From assembly GCA_009914755.4 (NCBI GenBank), contig CP086569.2:41408001-41472000 (forward strand): a stretch of 64,000 nucleotides of DNA, given 5' to 3'. The stretch comes from the human T2T-CHM13v2.0 reference genome, Homo sapiens. A program made the translations under genes and the position numbers. Below, piece by piece: positions 1 to 18,733 of the stretch. The notes beneath the pieces are model-generated. The model saw only the letters and a program-made list of their open reading frames with translations. It searched no databases and had not been told where the DNA came from. Within the stretch, counting starts at the first letter, position 1, and each line of letters begins with the position of its first letter.

Positions 1-1810
<1,810 letters not shown>

Positions 1811-2415
1811 AGATCCATATTTTTTAAATGAAAAAAAATTTCAAAGGTACTCTGCTTGGTACAATAATCAAATGTATAAACTGAGGAATAAAACATAACC
1901 ATGAAACCTACTTATAACTGCATATGGAAAATACAGAGGATAATTTTTTAAATAACATATTTTGAAAGCCTTAACTAGTAATTTGAAGAGTTGGCATTTG
2001 AAAGGCCAGTATGAATATACCTTCAAAGCAGCAACACAGGTTCCCCATGAGAAAAAGCAAACACAGGGAAAATAAAAACACAAAGGTTCAATCTCTTCTG
2101 ACCTTTGAAAGACACAGCACAGACAGTGGTCCTTAGGACGAAGACCAGGAGACCCCTAATTCCGTCACCATGGCGATAGGGCATAAACATTGCTGGGTGA
2201 GGGCACAATCCACATTGTGAGGTCCAACTGCTGCCAAGAAGACAGGAGTGCTTTTACATAGACCGAAAGGTCATTGAAGGCTCAGAGTTTTGTTTCAAGA
2301 ACTGAATCCCAAGCCCACACGTTATTAGGCTGCGCTTCCTAAAACAAGTTATGAGATGGGAAAAAGGGCACCCACAAACATACGTATACATTATGTATAT
2401 AATAATATACAGTAT
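1811..2415. repeat. Non-AT-rich spacer module of the satellite unit (~605 bp), representative copy from unit 1. Its origin is unknown.
   Basis: Mixed-composition sequence 'agatccatattttttaaatgaaaaaaaatttcaaaggtactctgcttgg...gtcaccatggcgatagggcataaacattgctgggtgagggcacaatcc...cccacaaacatacgtatac' is repeated in every unit with >95% identity. It hosts the recurring 61- and 71-aa minus-strand ORFs, which are judged spurious. Confidence 0.8.
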
Positions 2416-3936
2416 CATATATATAATATATATAACCTATGTATAATATTGTTTTACATCCTGCATCTTATGTTATATATATTGTATAAAATATAATAAT
2501 TGATAATATATAAGTTTTACAATTATACAATATGACATATAGTATATATTATAATTTATGACATATATAATATATGTTATATATCACATATAGAATATAT
2601 TATACGGTTAATATACGTATTAAATATAAATTATACATTATATATATTATATATAATATATCTGTTATATATAATACCCATTATGCATAATATATATATT
2701 ATGTCTGTTATATATAGTATAAAACAACATATAATAATATATAATTGTATATATAAAATGCGACATATAATATATATTATATTTTATAACATATGTAATA
2801 TATATTATATATTATATATAATACGTTGTATGTATAATACCTATATTAAATATATATTATATGACTATGTTATTAATTACATGTCACATGTGTTATATAT
2901 TATATATTTTACATAGAATATACCGGTTACATACAATATAAACTATGTTACCTATAATGTATAATTTATTACATGTAAAATAAAGAATGCAATATATTAT
3001 GTATAATTTATAATATACAATATGTGGAATGTGATATATATAACATATAATATATGATATATGATATACAGTATATGATATATAACATACAATATATGAT
3101 TCCTAATATATATGGTATACAATATATATTTTATGATATGTATTCTATATGTTTTATATTCTGTTATATATAACTATTTGAAATTATATATAACTGTATA
3201 ATATTTTATGTAAATATGTAATATAATATATATAACTATATAATATATTATATATAACTATATATTATGTTATATATACTTTTATAACATAATTTACATA
3301 AAATATCATAATATAATATATATTATATTATTTCATATTACATAATATATATTACATATCACCCAATATAACTAACACACATAATATTATAATATAGATT
3401 ATATTATGTTATATTAAATATCATATATATCATGTATCATATATTCTATAATATATATTACACATTATATAATATGTATGTTGTCTATTATGTGATATAT
3501 ATAACTCTATATATAATTATATTTTTATACATATAACTAGATAAACATGTAATTCTACATATTTTCATTTATAATATGTAGAATTTTATAATCATATATA
3601 ATTATTTATATTCTATAAAAAATTTTATCATTCTATAAATTATAATATATAAAAATTATAATATGTACTACAAATATATATATTATATATCATATATGAT
3701 ATAGTACCTTTGTTATATATCATAATACACATAAATGTGTATTATGTTATGTATAATTATATAATTTCATATATAAGATCTATAATATGTATTATATATT
3801 ATATATGTTATGTAATATATATAGTATATATAAGCTGACACAGGATAAATATTATATACTATGATATATAAAATATATGAGGTTATATGTTACATATAAG
3901 GCATAGCACATAACATGTAATATATATCATATATAA
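2416..3936. repeat. AT-rich low-complexity module of the satellite unit (~1.52 kb), representative copy from unit 1 to 2.
   Basis: This module is >85% A+T and built from degenerate ATATA, CATATA and TATAA motifs. It carries a few conserved GC landmarks: 'tacggttaatatacgtat', 'aaaatgcgacatat', 'ataccggttacatac', 'gatgacacaggataa' and 'ggcatagcacataac'. Confidence 0.85.
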
Positions 3937-4229
3937 TTTTTTTTTTAGACACAGTCTTGTCGTGTTGCACAGGGTGGAGTACAATGGCGCCACCTTTGCT
4001 CACTGCAACATCTGCCTCACGGGTCCAAGCGATGGTCCTCCCTCAGCCTCCCAGTTAGCTGGGACTACACCACACTGGGACTACACCAGCTGCCACCATG
4101 CCTAGCTAATTTTTTGGATTTTTAGTAGTGACAGCGTTTCACTGTATTGGCCAGGACGTTCTTGATCTCTTCACCTTGTGATCCCCTTGCCTTGGCCTCC
4201 AAATTTGCTGGGATTACAGGCCTGAGCCA
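3937..4229 (-). mobile_element. Alu SINE copy (antisense), satellite unit 2.
   Basis: Same element as 1519-1810, with a 10-T start and a '...cctgagcca' end. It carries the later-subfamily variants 'acagtcttgtcgtgttgcacagggtggagtac' and 'caacatctgcc'. Confidence 0.85.
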
Positions 4230-6334
4230 AGATCCATATTTTTTAAATGAAAAAAAATTTCAAAGGTACTCTGCTTGGTACAATAATCAAATGTATAAAC
4301 TGAGGAATAAAACATAACCATGAAACCTACTTATAACTGCATATGGAAAATACAGAGGATAATTTTTTAAATAACATATTTTGAAAGCCTTAACTAGTAA
4401 TTTGAAGAGTTGGCATTTGAAAGGCCAGTATGAATATACCTTCAATGCAGCAACACAGGTTCCCCATGAGAAACAGCAAACCCAGGGAAAATAAAACCAA
4501 AAAGGTTCAATCTCTTCTGACCTTTGAAAGACACAGCACAGACAGTGGTCCTTAGGACGAAGAGCAGGAGACCCCTAATTCCGTCACCATGGCGATAGGG
4601 CATAAACTTTGCTGGGTGAGGGCACAATCCACATTGAGAGGTCCAACTGCTGCCAGGAAGACAGGAGTGCTTTTACATAGACCGAAAGGTCATTGAAGGC
4701 TCAGAGTTTTGTTTCAAGAACTGAATCCCAAGCCCACACGTTATTAGGCTGCGCTTCTTAAAACAAGTTATGAGATGGGAAAAAGGGCACCCACAAACAT
4801 ACGTATACATTATGTATATAATAATATACAGTATCATATATATAATATATAAAACCTATGTATAATATTGTTTTACATCCTGCATCTTATATTATATATA
4901 TTGTATAAAATATAATAATTGATAATATATAACGTTTATATTTATAAAATATGACATATAGTATATATTATAATTTATGACATATATAATATATGTTATA
5001 TATCATATATAGAATATATTATACAGTTAATATACGTATTAAATATAAATTATACATTATATATATTATATATAATATATCTGTTATATATAATACCCAT
5101 TATGCATAATATATATATTATGTCTATGTTATATATAGTATAAAACAACATATAATAATATATAATTGTATATATAAAATGCGACATATAATATATATTA
5201 TATTTTATGACATATGTAATATATATTATATATTATATATAATACGTTGTATGTATAATACCTATGTTAAATATATATTATATGACTATGTTATTAATTA
5301 CATGTCACATATGTTATATATTATATATTTTACATAGAATATACCGGTTACATACAATATATACTATGTTACCTATAATGTATAATTTATTACATGTAAA
5401 ATAAAGAATGCAATATATTATGTATAATTTATAATATACCATATGTGGAATGTGATATATATAACATATAATATATGATATATGATATACAGTATATGAT
5501 ATATAACATACAATATATGATTCCTAATATATATGGTATACAATATATATTTTATGATATGTATTCTATATGTTTTATATTCTGTTATATATAACTATTT
5601 GAAATTATATATAACTGTATAATATTTTATGTAAATATGTAATATAATATATATAACTATATAATATATTATATATAACTATATATTATGTTATATATAC
5701 TTTTATAACATAATTTACATCAAATATCATAATATAATATATATTATATTATTTCATATTACATAATATATATTACATATCTCCCAATATAACTAACATA
5801 CATAATATTATAATATAGATTATATTGTGTTATATTAAATATCATATATATCATGTATCATATATTCTATAATATATATTACACATTATATAATATGTAC
5901 GTTGTCTATTATGTGATATATATAACTCTATATATAATAATATTTTTATACATATAACTAGATAAACATGTAATTCTACATATTTTCATTTATAATATGT
6001 AGAATTATATAATCATATATAATTATTTATATTCTATAAAAAATTATATCATTCTATCAATTATAATATATAAAAATTATAATATGTACTACAAATATAT
6101 ATATTATATATCATATATGATATAGTACCTTTGTTATATATCATAATACATATAAATGTGTATTATGTTATCTATAATTATATAATTTCATATATAAGAT
6201 GTATAATATGTATCATATATTATATATGTTATGTAATATATATAGTATATATAAGATGACACAGGATAAATATTATATACTATGACATATAAAATATATG
6301 AGGTTATATGTTACATATAAGGCATAGCACATAA

Positions 6335-6649
<315 letters not shown>

Positions 6650-8777
6650 AGATCCATATTTTTTAAATGAAAAAAACTTTCAAAGGTACTCTGCTTGGTA
6701 CAATAATCAAATGTATAAACTGAGGAATAAAACATAACCATGAAACCTACTTATAACTGCATATGGAAAATACAGAGGATAATTTTTTAAATAACATATT
6801 TTGAAAGCCTTAACTAGTAATTTGAAGAGTTGGCATTTGAAAGGCCAGTATGAATATACCTTCAAAGCAGCAACACAGGTTCCCCATGAGAAAAAGCAAA
6901 CACAGGGAAAATAAAAACACAAAGGTTCAATCTCTTCTGACCTTAGAAAGACACAGCATAGACAGTGGTCCTTAGGACGAAGAGCAGGAGACCCCTAATT
7001 CCGTCACCATGGCGATAGGGCATAAACATTGCTGGGTGAGGGCACAATCCACATTGTGAGGTCCAACTGCTGCCAGGAAGACAGGAGTGCTTTTACATAG
7101 ACCGAAAGGTCATTGAAGGCTCAGAGTTTTGTTTCAAGAACTGAATCCCAAGCCCACACGTTATTAGGCTGCGCTTCTTAAAACAAGTTATGAGATGGGA
7201 AAAAGGGCACCCACAAACATACGTATACATTATGTATATAATAATATACAGTGTCATATATATAATATATATAACCTATGTATAATATTGTTTTACATCC
7301 TGCATCTTATGTTATATATATTGTATAAAATATAATAATTGATAATATATAAGTTTTATATTTATACAATATGACATATAGTATATATTATAATTTATGA
7401 CATATATAATATATGTTATATGTCATATATAGAATATATTCTACGGTTAATATACGTATTAAATATAAATTATACATTATATATATTATATATAATATAT
7501 CTGTTATATATAATACCCAATATGCATAATATATATATTATGTCTATGTTATATATAGTATAAAACAACATATAATAATATATAATTGTATATATAAAAT
7601 GCGACATATAATATATATTATATTTTATAACATATGTAATATATATTATATATTATATATAATACGTTGTATGTATAATACCTATATTAAATATATATTA
7701 TATGACTATGTTATTAATTACATGTCACATGTGTTATACATTATATATTTTACATAGAATATACCGGTTACATACAATATATACTATGTTACCTATAATG
7801 TATAATTTATTACATGTAAAATAAAGAATGCAATATATTATGTATAATTTATAATATACAATATGTGGAATGTGATATATATAACATATAATATATGATA
7901 TATGATATACAGTATATGATATATAACATACAATATATGATTCCTAATATATATGGTATACAATATATATTTTATGATATGTATTCCATATGTTTTATAT
8001 TCTGTTATATATAACTATTTGAAATTATATATAACTGTATAATATTTTATGTAAATATGTAATATAATATATATAACTATATAATATATTATATATAACT
8101 ATATATTATGTTATATATACTTTTATAACATAATTTACATAAAATATCATAATATAATATATATTATATTATTTCATATTACATAATATATATTACATAT
8201 CACCCAATATAACTAACATACATAATATTATAATATAGATTATATTGTGTTATATTAAATATCATATATATCATGTATCATATATTCTATACTATATATT
8301 ACACATTATATAATATGTATGTTGTCTATTATGTGATATATATAACTATATATATAATTATATTTTTATACATATAACTAGATAAACATGTAATTCTGCA
8401 TATTTTCATTTATAATATGTAGAATTATATAATCATATATAATTATTTATATTCTATAAAAAATTTTATCATTCTATAAATTATAATATATAAAAATTAT
8501 AATATGTACTACAAATATATATATTATATATCATATAAGATATAGTACCTTTGTTATATATCATAATACATATAAATGTGTATTATGTTATCTATAATTA
8601 TATAATTTCATATATAAGATGTATAATATGTATCATATATTATATATGTTATGTAATATATATAGTATATATAAGATGACACAGGATAAATATTATATAC
8701 TATGACATATAAAATATATGAGGTTATATGTTACATATAAGGCATAGCACATAACATGTAATATATATCATATATAA

Positions 8778-9069
8778 TTTTTTTTTAGACAGAATCTTGT
8801 CCTGTTGCACAGGGTGGGGTACAATGGCGCCATCTTTGCTCACTGCAACTTCTGCCTCACGGGACCAAGCGATTGTCCCCCCTCAGCCTCCCAGGTAGCT
8901 GGGACTACACCACACTGGGACTACACCAGCTGCCACCATGCCTAGCTAATTTTTTGGATTTTTAGTAGTGACAGCGTTTCACTGTATTGGCCAGGATGGT
9001 CTTGATCTCTTCACCTTGTGATCCCCTTGCCTTGGCCTCCAAATTTGCTGGGATTACAGGCCTGAGCCA
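8778..9069 (-). mobile_element. Alu SINE copy (antisense), satellite unit 4.
   Basis: Same element. It has the private variant 'cacgggaccaagcgattgtcccccctc', which is shared with unit 7. Confidence 0.85.
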
Positions 9070-11167
9070 AGATCCATATTTTTTAAATGAAAAAAACTTT
9101 CAAAGGTACTCTGCTTGGTACAATAATCAAATGTATAAACTGAGGAATAAAACATAACCATGAAACCTACTTATAACTGCATATGGAAAATACAGAGGAT
9201 AATTTTTTAAATAACATATTTTGAAAGCCTTAACTAGTAATTTGAAGAGTTGGCATTTGAAAGGCCAGTATGAATATACCTTCAAAGCAGCAACACAGGT
9301 TCCCCATGAGAAAAAGCAAACACAGGGAAAATAAAAACACAAAGGTTCAATCTCTTCTGACCTTTGAAAGACACAGCACAGACAGTGGTCCTTAGGACGA
9401 AGAGCAGGAGACCCCTAATTCCGTCACCATGGCGATAGGGCATAAACATTGCTGGGTGAGGGCACAATCCACATTGTGAGGTCCAACTGCTGCCAGGAAG
9501 ACAGGAGTGCTTTTACATAGACCGAAAGGTCATTGAAGGCTCAGAGTTTTGTTTCAAGAACTGAATCCCAAGCCCACACGTTATTAGGCTGCGCTTCTTA
9601 AAACAAGTTATGAGATGGGAAAAAGGGCACCCACAAACATACGTATACATTATGTATATAATAATATACAGTGTCATATATATAATATATATAACCTATG
9701 TATAATATTGTTTTACATCCTGTATCTTATGTTATATATATTGTATAAAATATAATAATTGATAATATATAAGTTTTATATTTATACAATATGACATATA
9801 GTATATATTATAATTTATGACATATATAATATATGTTATATGTCATATATAGAAAATATTATACGGTTAATATACGTATTAAATATAAATTATACATTAT
9901 ATATATCATATATAATATATCTGTTATATATAATACCCATTATGCATAATATATATATTATGTCTATGTTATATATAGTATAAAACAACATATAATAATA
10001 TATAATTGTATATATAAAATGCGACATATAATATATATTATATTTTATAACATATGTAATATATATTATATATAATACGTTGTATGTATAATACCTATAT
10101 TAAATATATATTATATGACTATGTTATTAATTACATGTCACATGTGTTATATATTATATATTTTACATAGAATATACCGGTTACATACAATATATACTAT
10201 GTTACCTATAATGTATAATTTATTACATGTAAAATAAAGAATGCAATATATTATGTATAATTTATAATATACCATATGTGGAATGTGATATATATAACAT
10301 ATAATATATGATATATGATATACAGTATATGATATATAACATACAATATATGATTCCTAATATATATGGTATACAATATATATTTTATGATATGTATTCT
10401 ATATGTTTTATATTCTGTTATATATAACTATTTGAAATTATATATAACTGTATAATATTTTATGTAAATATGTAATATAATATATATAACTATATAATAT
10501 ATTATATATAACTATATATTATGTTATATATACTTTTATAACATAATTTACATAAAATATCATAATATAATATATATTATATTATTTCATATTACATAAT
10601 ATATATTACATATCACCCAATATAACTAACATACATAATATTATAATATAGATTATATTGTGTTATATTAAATATCATATATATCATGTATCATATATTC
10701 TATAATATATATTACACATTATATAATATGTATGTTGTCTATTATGTGATATATATAACTCTATATATAATTATATTTTTATACATATAACTAGATAAAC
10801 CTGTAATTCTACATATTTTCATTTATAATATGTAGAATTATATAATCATATATAATTATTTATATTCTATAAAAAATTTTATCATTCTATAAATTATAAT
10901 ATATAAAAATTATAATATGTACTACAAATATATATATTATATATCATATATGATATAGTACCTTTGTTATATATCATAATACATATAAATGTGTATTATG
11001 TTATCTATAATTATATAATTTCATATATAAGATGTATAATATGTATCATATATTATATATGTTATGTAATATATATAGTATATATAAGATGACACAGGAT
11101 AAATATTATATACTATGACATATAAAATATATGAGGTTATATGTTACATATAAGGCATAGCACATAA

Positions 11168-11482
<315 letters not shown>

Positions 11483-13587
11483 AGATCCATATTTTTTAAA
11501 TGAAAAAAAATTTCAAAGGTACTCTGCTTGGTACAATAATCAAATGTATAAACTGAGGAATAAAACATAACCATGAAACCTACTTATAACTGCATATGGA
11601 ATATACAGAGGATAATTTTTTAAATAACATATTTTGAAAGCCTTAACTAGTAATTTGAAGAGTTGGCATTTGAAAGGCCAGTATGAATATACCTTCAAAG
11701 CAGCAACACAGGTTCCCCATGAGAAAAAGCAAACACAGGGAAAATAAAAACACAAAGGTTCAATCTCTTCTGACCTTAGAAAGACACAGCACAGACAGTG
11801 GTCCTTAGGACGAAGAGCAGGAGACCCCTAATTCCGTCACCATGGCGATAGGGCATAAACATTGCTGGGTGAGGGCACAATCCACATTGTGAGGTCCAAC
11901 TGCTGCCAGGAAGACAGGAGTGCTTTTACATAGACCGAAAGGTCATTGAAGGCTCAGAGTTTTGTTTCAAGAACTGAATCCCAAGCCCACACGTTATTAG
12001 GCTGCGCTTCCTAAAACAAGTTATGAGATGGGAAAAAGGGCACCCACAAACATACGTATACATTATGTATATAATAATATACAGTATCATATATATAATA
12101 TATATAACCTATGTATAATATTGTTTTACATCCTGCATCTTATGTTATATATATTGTATAAAATATAATAATTGATAATATATAAGTTTTATAATTATAC
12201 AATATGACATATAGTATATATTATAATTTATGACATATATAATATATGTTATATATCACATATAGAATATATTATACGGTTAATATACGTATTAAATATA
12301 AATTATACATTATATATATTATATATAATATATCTGTTATATATAATACCCATTATGCATAATATATATATTATGTCTATGTTATATATAGTATAAAACA
12401 ACATATAATAATATATAATTGTATATACAAAATGCGACATATATTATATATTATATTTTATAACATATGTAATATATATTATATATTATATATAATACGT
12501 TGTATGTATAATACCTATATTAAATATATATTATATGACTATGTTATTAATTACATCTCACATGTGTTATATATTATATATTTTACATAGAATATACCGG
12601 TTACATACAATATATACTATGTTACCTATAAGGTATAATTTATTACATGTAAAATAAAGAATGCAATATATTATGTATAATTTATAATATACAATATGTG
12701 GAATGTGATATATATAACATATAATATATGATATATGATATACAGTATATGATATATAACATACAATATATGATTCCTAATATATATGGTATACAATATA
12801 TATTTTATGATATGTATTCTATATGTTTTATATTCTGTTATATATAACTATTTGAAATTATATATAACTGTATAATATTTTATGTAAATATGTAATATAA
12901 TATATATAACTATATAATATATTATATATAACTATATATTATGTTATATATACTTTTATAACATAATTTACATCAAATATCATAATATAATATATATTAT
13001 ATTATTTCATATTACATAATATATATTACATATCACCCAATATAACTAACATACATAATATTATAATATACATTATATTATGTTATATTAAATATCATAT
13101 ATATCATGTATCATATATTCTATAATATATATTACACATTATATAATATGTATGTTGTCTATTATGTGATATATATAACTCTATATATAATTATATTTTT
13201 ATACATATAACTAGATAAACATGTAATTCTACATATTTTCATTTATAATATGTAGAATTTTATAATCATATATAATTATTTATATTCTATAAAAAATGTT
13301 ATCATTATATAAATTATAATATATAAAAATTATAATATGTACTACAAATATATATATTATATATCATATATGATATAGTACCTTTGTTATATATCATAAT
13401 ACATATAAATGTGTATTATGTTATCTATAATTATATAATTTCATATATAAGATGTATAATATGTATCATATATTATATATGTTATGTAATATATATAGTA
13501 TATATAAGATGACACAGGATAAATATTATATACTATGACATATAAAATATATGAGGTTATATGTTACATATAAGGCATAGCACATAA

Positions 13588-13902
<315 letters not shown>

Positions 13903-16028
13903 AGATCCATATTTTTTAAATGAAAAAAACTTTCAAAGGTACTCTGCTTGGTACAATAATCAAATGTATAAACTGAGGAATAAAACATAACCATGAAACC
14001 TACTTATAACTGCATATGGAAAATACAGAGGATAATTTTTTAAATAACATATTTTGAAAGCCTTAACTAGTAATTTGAAGAGCTGGCATTTGAAAGGCCA
14101 GTATGAATATACCTTCAAAGCAGCAACACAGGTTCCCCATGAGAAAAAGCAAACACAGGGAAAATAAAAACACAAAGGTTCAATCTCTTCTGACCTTTGA
14201 AAGACACAGCACAGACAGTGGTCCTTAGGACGAAGAGCAGGAGACCCCTAATTCCGTCACCATGGCGATAGGGCATAAACATTGCTGGGTGAGGGCACAA
14301 TCCACATTGTGAGGTCCAACTGCTGCCAGGAAGACAGGAGTGCTTTTACATAGACCGAAAGGTCATTGAAGGCTCAGAGTTTTGTTTCAAGAACTGAATC
14401 CCAAGCCCACACGTTATTAGGCTGCGCTTCCTAAATCAAGTTATGAGATGGGAAAAAGGGCACCCACAAACATACGTATACATTATGTATATAATAATAT
14501 ACAGTATCATATTTATAATATATATAACCTATGTATAATATTGTTTTACATCCTGCATCTTATGTTATATATATTGTATAAAATATAATAATTGATAATA
14601 TATGTTTTATATTTATACAATATAACATATAGTATATATTATAATTTATGACATATATAATATATGTTATATATCATATATAGAATATATTATACGGTTA
14701 ATATACGTATTAAATATAAATTATACATTATATATATTATATATAATATATCTGTTATATATAATACCCATTATGCATAATATATATATTATGTCTATGT
14801 TATATATAGTATAGAACAACACATAATAATGTATAATTGTATATATAAAATGCGACATATAATATATACTATATTTTATGACATATATAATATATATTAT
14901 ATATTATATATAATACGTTGTATGTATAATACCTATATTAAATATATATTATATGACTATGTTATTAATTACATGTCACATGTGTTATATATTATATATT
15001 TTACATAGAATATTCCGGTTACATACAATATATACTATGTTACCTACAATATATAATTGATTACATGTAAAATAAAGAATGCAATATATTATGTATAATT
15101 TATAATATACAATATGTGGAATGTGATATATATAACATATAATATATGATATATGATATACAGTATATGATATATAACATACAATATATGATACCTAATA
15201 TATATGGTATACAATATATATTTTATGATATGTATTCTCTATGTTTTATATTCTGTTATATATAACTATTTGAAATTATATATAACTGTATAATATTTTA
15301 TGTAAATATGTAATATAATATATATAACTATATAATATATTATATATAACTATATATTATGTTATATATACTTTTATAACTTAATTTACATAAAATATCA
15401 TAATATAATATATATTATATTATTTCATATTACATAATATATATTACATATCACCCAATATAACTAACATACATAATATTATAATATAGATTATATTGTG
15501 TTATATTAAATATCATATATATCATGTATCATATATTCTATACTATATATTACACATTATATAATATGTATGTTGTCTATTATGTGATATATATAACTAT
15601 ATATATACTTATATTTTTATACATATAACTAGATAAACATGTAATTCTGCATATTTTCATTTATAATATGTAGAATTATATAATCATATATAATTATTTA
15701 TATTCTATAAAAAATTTTATCATTCTATAAATTATAATATATAAAAATTATAATATGTACTACAAATATATATATTATATATCATATAAGATATAGTACC
15801 TTTGTTATATATCATAATACATATAAATGTGTATTATGTTATCTATAATTATATAATTTCATATATAAGATGTATAATATGTATCATATATTATATATGT
15901 TATGTAATATATATAGTATATATAAGATGACACAGGATAAATATTATATACTATGACATATAAAATATATGAGGTTATATGTTACATATAAGGCATAGCA
16001 CATAACATGTAATATATATCATATATAA

Positions 16029-16320
16029 TTTTTTTTTAGACAGAATCTTGTCCTGTTGCACAGGGTGGGGTACAATGGCGCCATCTTTGCTCACTGCAAC
16101 TTCTGCCTCACGGGACCAAGCGATTGTCCTCCCTCAGCCTCCCAGGTAGCTGGGACTACACCACACTGGGACTACACCAGCTGCCACCATGCCTAGCTAA
16201 TTTTTTGGATTTTTAGTAGTGACAGCGTTTCACTGTATTGGCCAGGATGGTCTTGATCTCTTCACCTTGTGATCCCCTTGCCTTGGCCTCCAAATTTGCT
16301 GGGATTACAGGCCTGAGCCA
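16029..16320 (-). mobile_element. Alu SINE copy (antisense), satellite unit 7.
   Basis: Same element. It has 'cacgggaccaagcg', as in unit 4. Confidence 0.85.
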
Positions 16321-18418
16321 AGATCCATATTTTTTAAATGAAAAAAACTTTCAAAGGTACTCTGCTTGGTACAATAATCAAATGTATAAACTGAGGAATA
16401 AAACATAACCATGAAACCTACTTATAACTGCATATGGAAAATACAGAGGATAATTTTTTAAATAACATATTTTGAAAGCCTTAACTAGTAATTTGAAGAG
16501 TTGGCATTTGAAAGGCCAGTATGAATATACCTTCAAAGCAGCAACACAGGTTCCCCATGAGAAAAAGCAAACACAGGGAAAATAAAAACACAAAGGTTTA
16601 ATCTCTTCTGACCTTTGAAAGACACAGCACAGACAGTGGTCCTTAGGACGAAGAGCAGGAGACCCCTAATTCCGTCACCATGGCGATAGGGCATAAACAT
16701 TGCTCGGTGAGGGCACAATCCACATTGTGAGGTCCAACTGCTGCCAGGAAGACAGGAGTGCTTTTACATAGACCGAAAGGTCATTGAAGGCTCAGAGTTT
16801 TGTTTCAAGAACTGAATCCCAAGCCCACACGTTATTAGGCTGCGCTTCTTAAAACAAGTTATGAGATGGGAAAAAGGGCACCCACAAACATACGTATACA
16901 TTATGTATATAATAATATACAGTGTCATATATATAATATATATAACCTATGTATAATATTGTTTTACATCCTGCATCTTATGTTATATATATTGTATAAA
17001 ATATAATAATTGATAATATATAAGTTTTATATTTATACAATATGACATATAGTATATATTATAATTTATGACATATATAATATATGTTATATGTCATATA
17101 TAGAAAATATTATACGGTTAATATACGTATTAAATATAAATTATACATTATATATATTATATATAATATATCTGTTATATATAATACCCATTATGCATAA
17201 TATATATATTATGTCTATGTTATATATAGTATAAAACAACATATAATAATATATAATTGTATATATAAAATGCGACATATAATATATATTATATTTTATA
17301 ACATATGTAATATATATTATATATAATACGTTGTATGTATAATACCTATATTAAATATATATTATATGACTATGTTATTAATTACATGTCACATGTGTTA
17401 TATATTATATATTTTACATAGAATATACCGGTTACATACAATATATACTATGTTACCTATAATGTATAATTTATTACATGTAAAATAAAGAATGCAATAT
17501 ATTATGTATAATTTATAATATACCATATGTGGAATGTGATATATATAACATATAATATATGATATATGATATACAGTATATGATATATAACATACAATAT
17601 ATGATTCCTAATATATATGGTATACAATATATATTTTATGATATGTATTCTATATGTTTTATATTCTGTTATATATAACTATTTGAAATTATATATAAGT
17701 GTATAATATTTTATGTAAATATGTAATATAATATATATAACTATATAATATATTATATATAACTATATATTATGTTATATATACTTTTATAACATAATTT
17801 ACATAAAATATCATAATATAATATATATTATATTATTTCATATTACATAATATATATTACATATCACCCAATATAACTAACATACATAATATTATAATAT
17901 AGATTATATTGTGTTATATTAAATATCATATATATCATGTATCATATATTCTATAATATATATTACACATTATATAATATGTATGTTGTCTATTATGTGA
18001 TATATATAACTCTATATATAATTATATTTTTATACATATAACTAGATAAACATGTAATTCTACATATTTTCATTTATAATATGTAGAATTATATAATCAT
18101 ATATAATTTTTTATATTCTATAAAAAATTTTATCATTCTATAAATTATAATATATAAAAATTATAATATGTACTACAAATATATATATTATATATCATAT
18201 ATGATATAGTACCTTTGTTATATATCATAATACATATAAATGTGTATTATGTTATCTATAATTATATAATTTCATATATAAGATGTATAATATGTATCAT
18301 ATATTATATATGTTATGTAATATATATAGTATATATAAGATGACACAGGATAAATATTATATACTATGACATATAAAATATATGAGGTTATATGTTACAT
18401 ATAAGGCATAGCACATAA

Positions 18419-18733
<315 letters not shown>

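Noticed and set aside
1811-1850. Target-site duplication flanking the Alu: the A-run 'aaatgaaaaaaaattt' after the Alu 5' end versus A/T-rich sequence before the poly-T.
   Set aside because: Both flanks are AT-rich low-complexity sequence, so any short direct repeat is expected by chance. The Alu is 5'-truncated, so the original 5' junction is probably lost. A TSD cannot be supported.
2023-2208. A recurring 61-aa minus-strand ORF ('MCPHPAMFMPYRHGDGIRGLL...') is present in nearly every unit. A 71-aa ORF ('MCFYFPCVCFFSWGTC...') recurs in units 1, 3-9 and 12. 77-aa extensions occur at 40654-40887 and 60012-60245.
   Set aside because: They lie in the satellite spacer and recur only because the DNA is tandemly repeated. 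They are short, lack any recognisable domain, and their stop and start positions drift with single substitutions: the 61, 77 and 71 aa forms gain or lose each other. This is the behaviour expected of non-coding sequence. They are not called as CDS.
2683-2916. Plus-strand ORFs inside the AT module, rich in Y/I/N/K (2683-2916, 48228-48434, 53278-53502).
   Set aside because: These are low-complexity translation artefacts of >85% A+T sequence. They are not conserved as ORFs between units.
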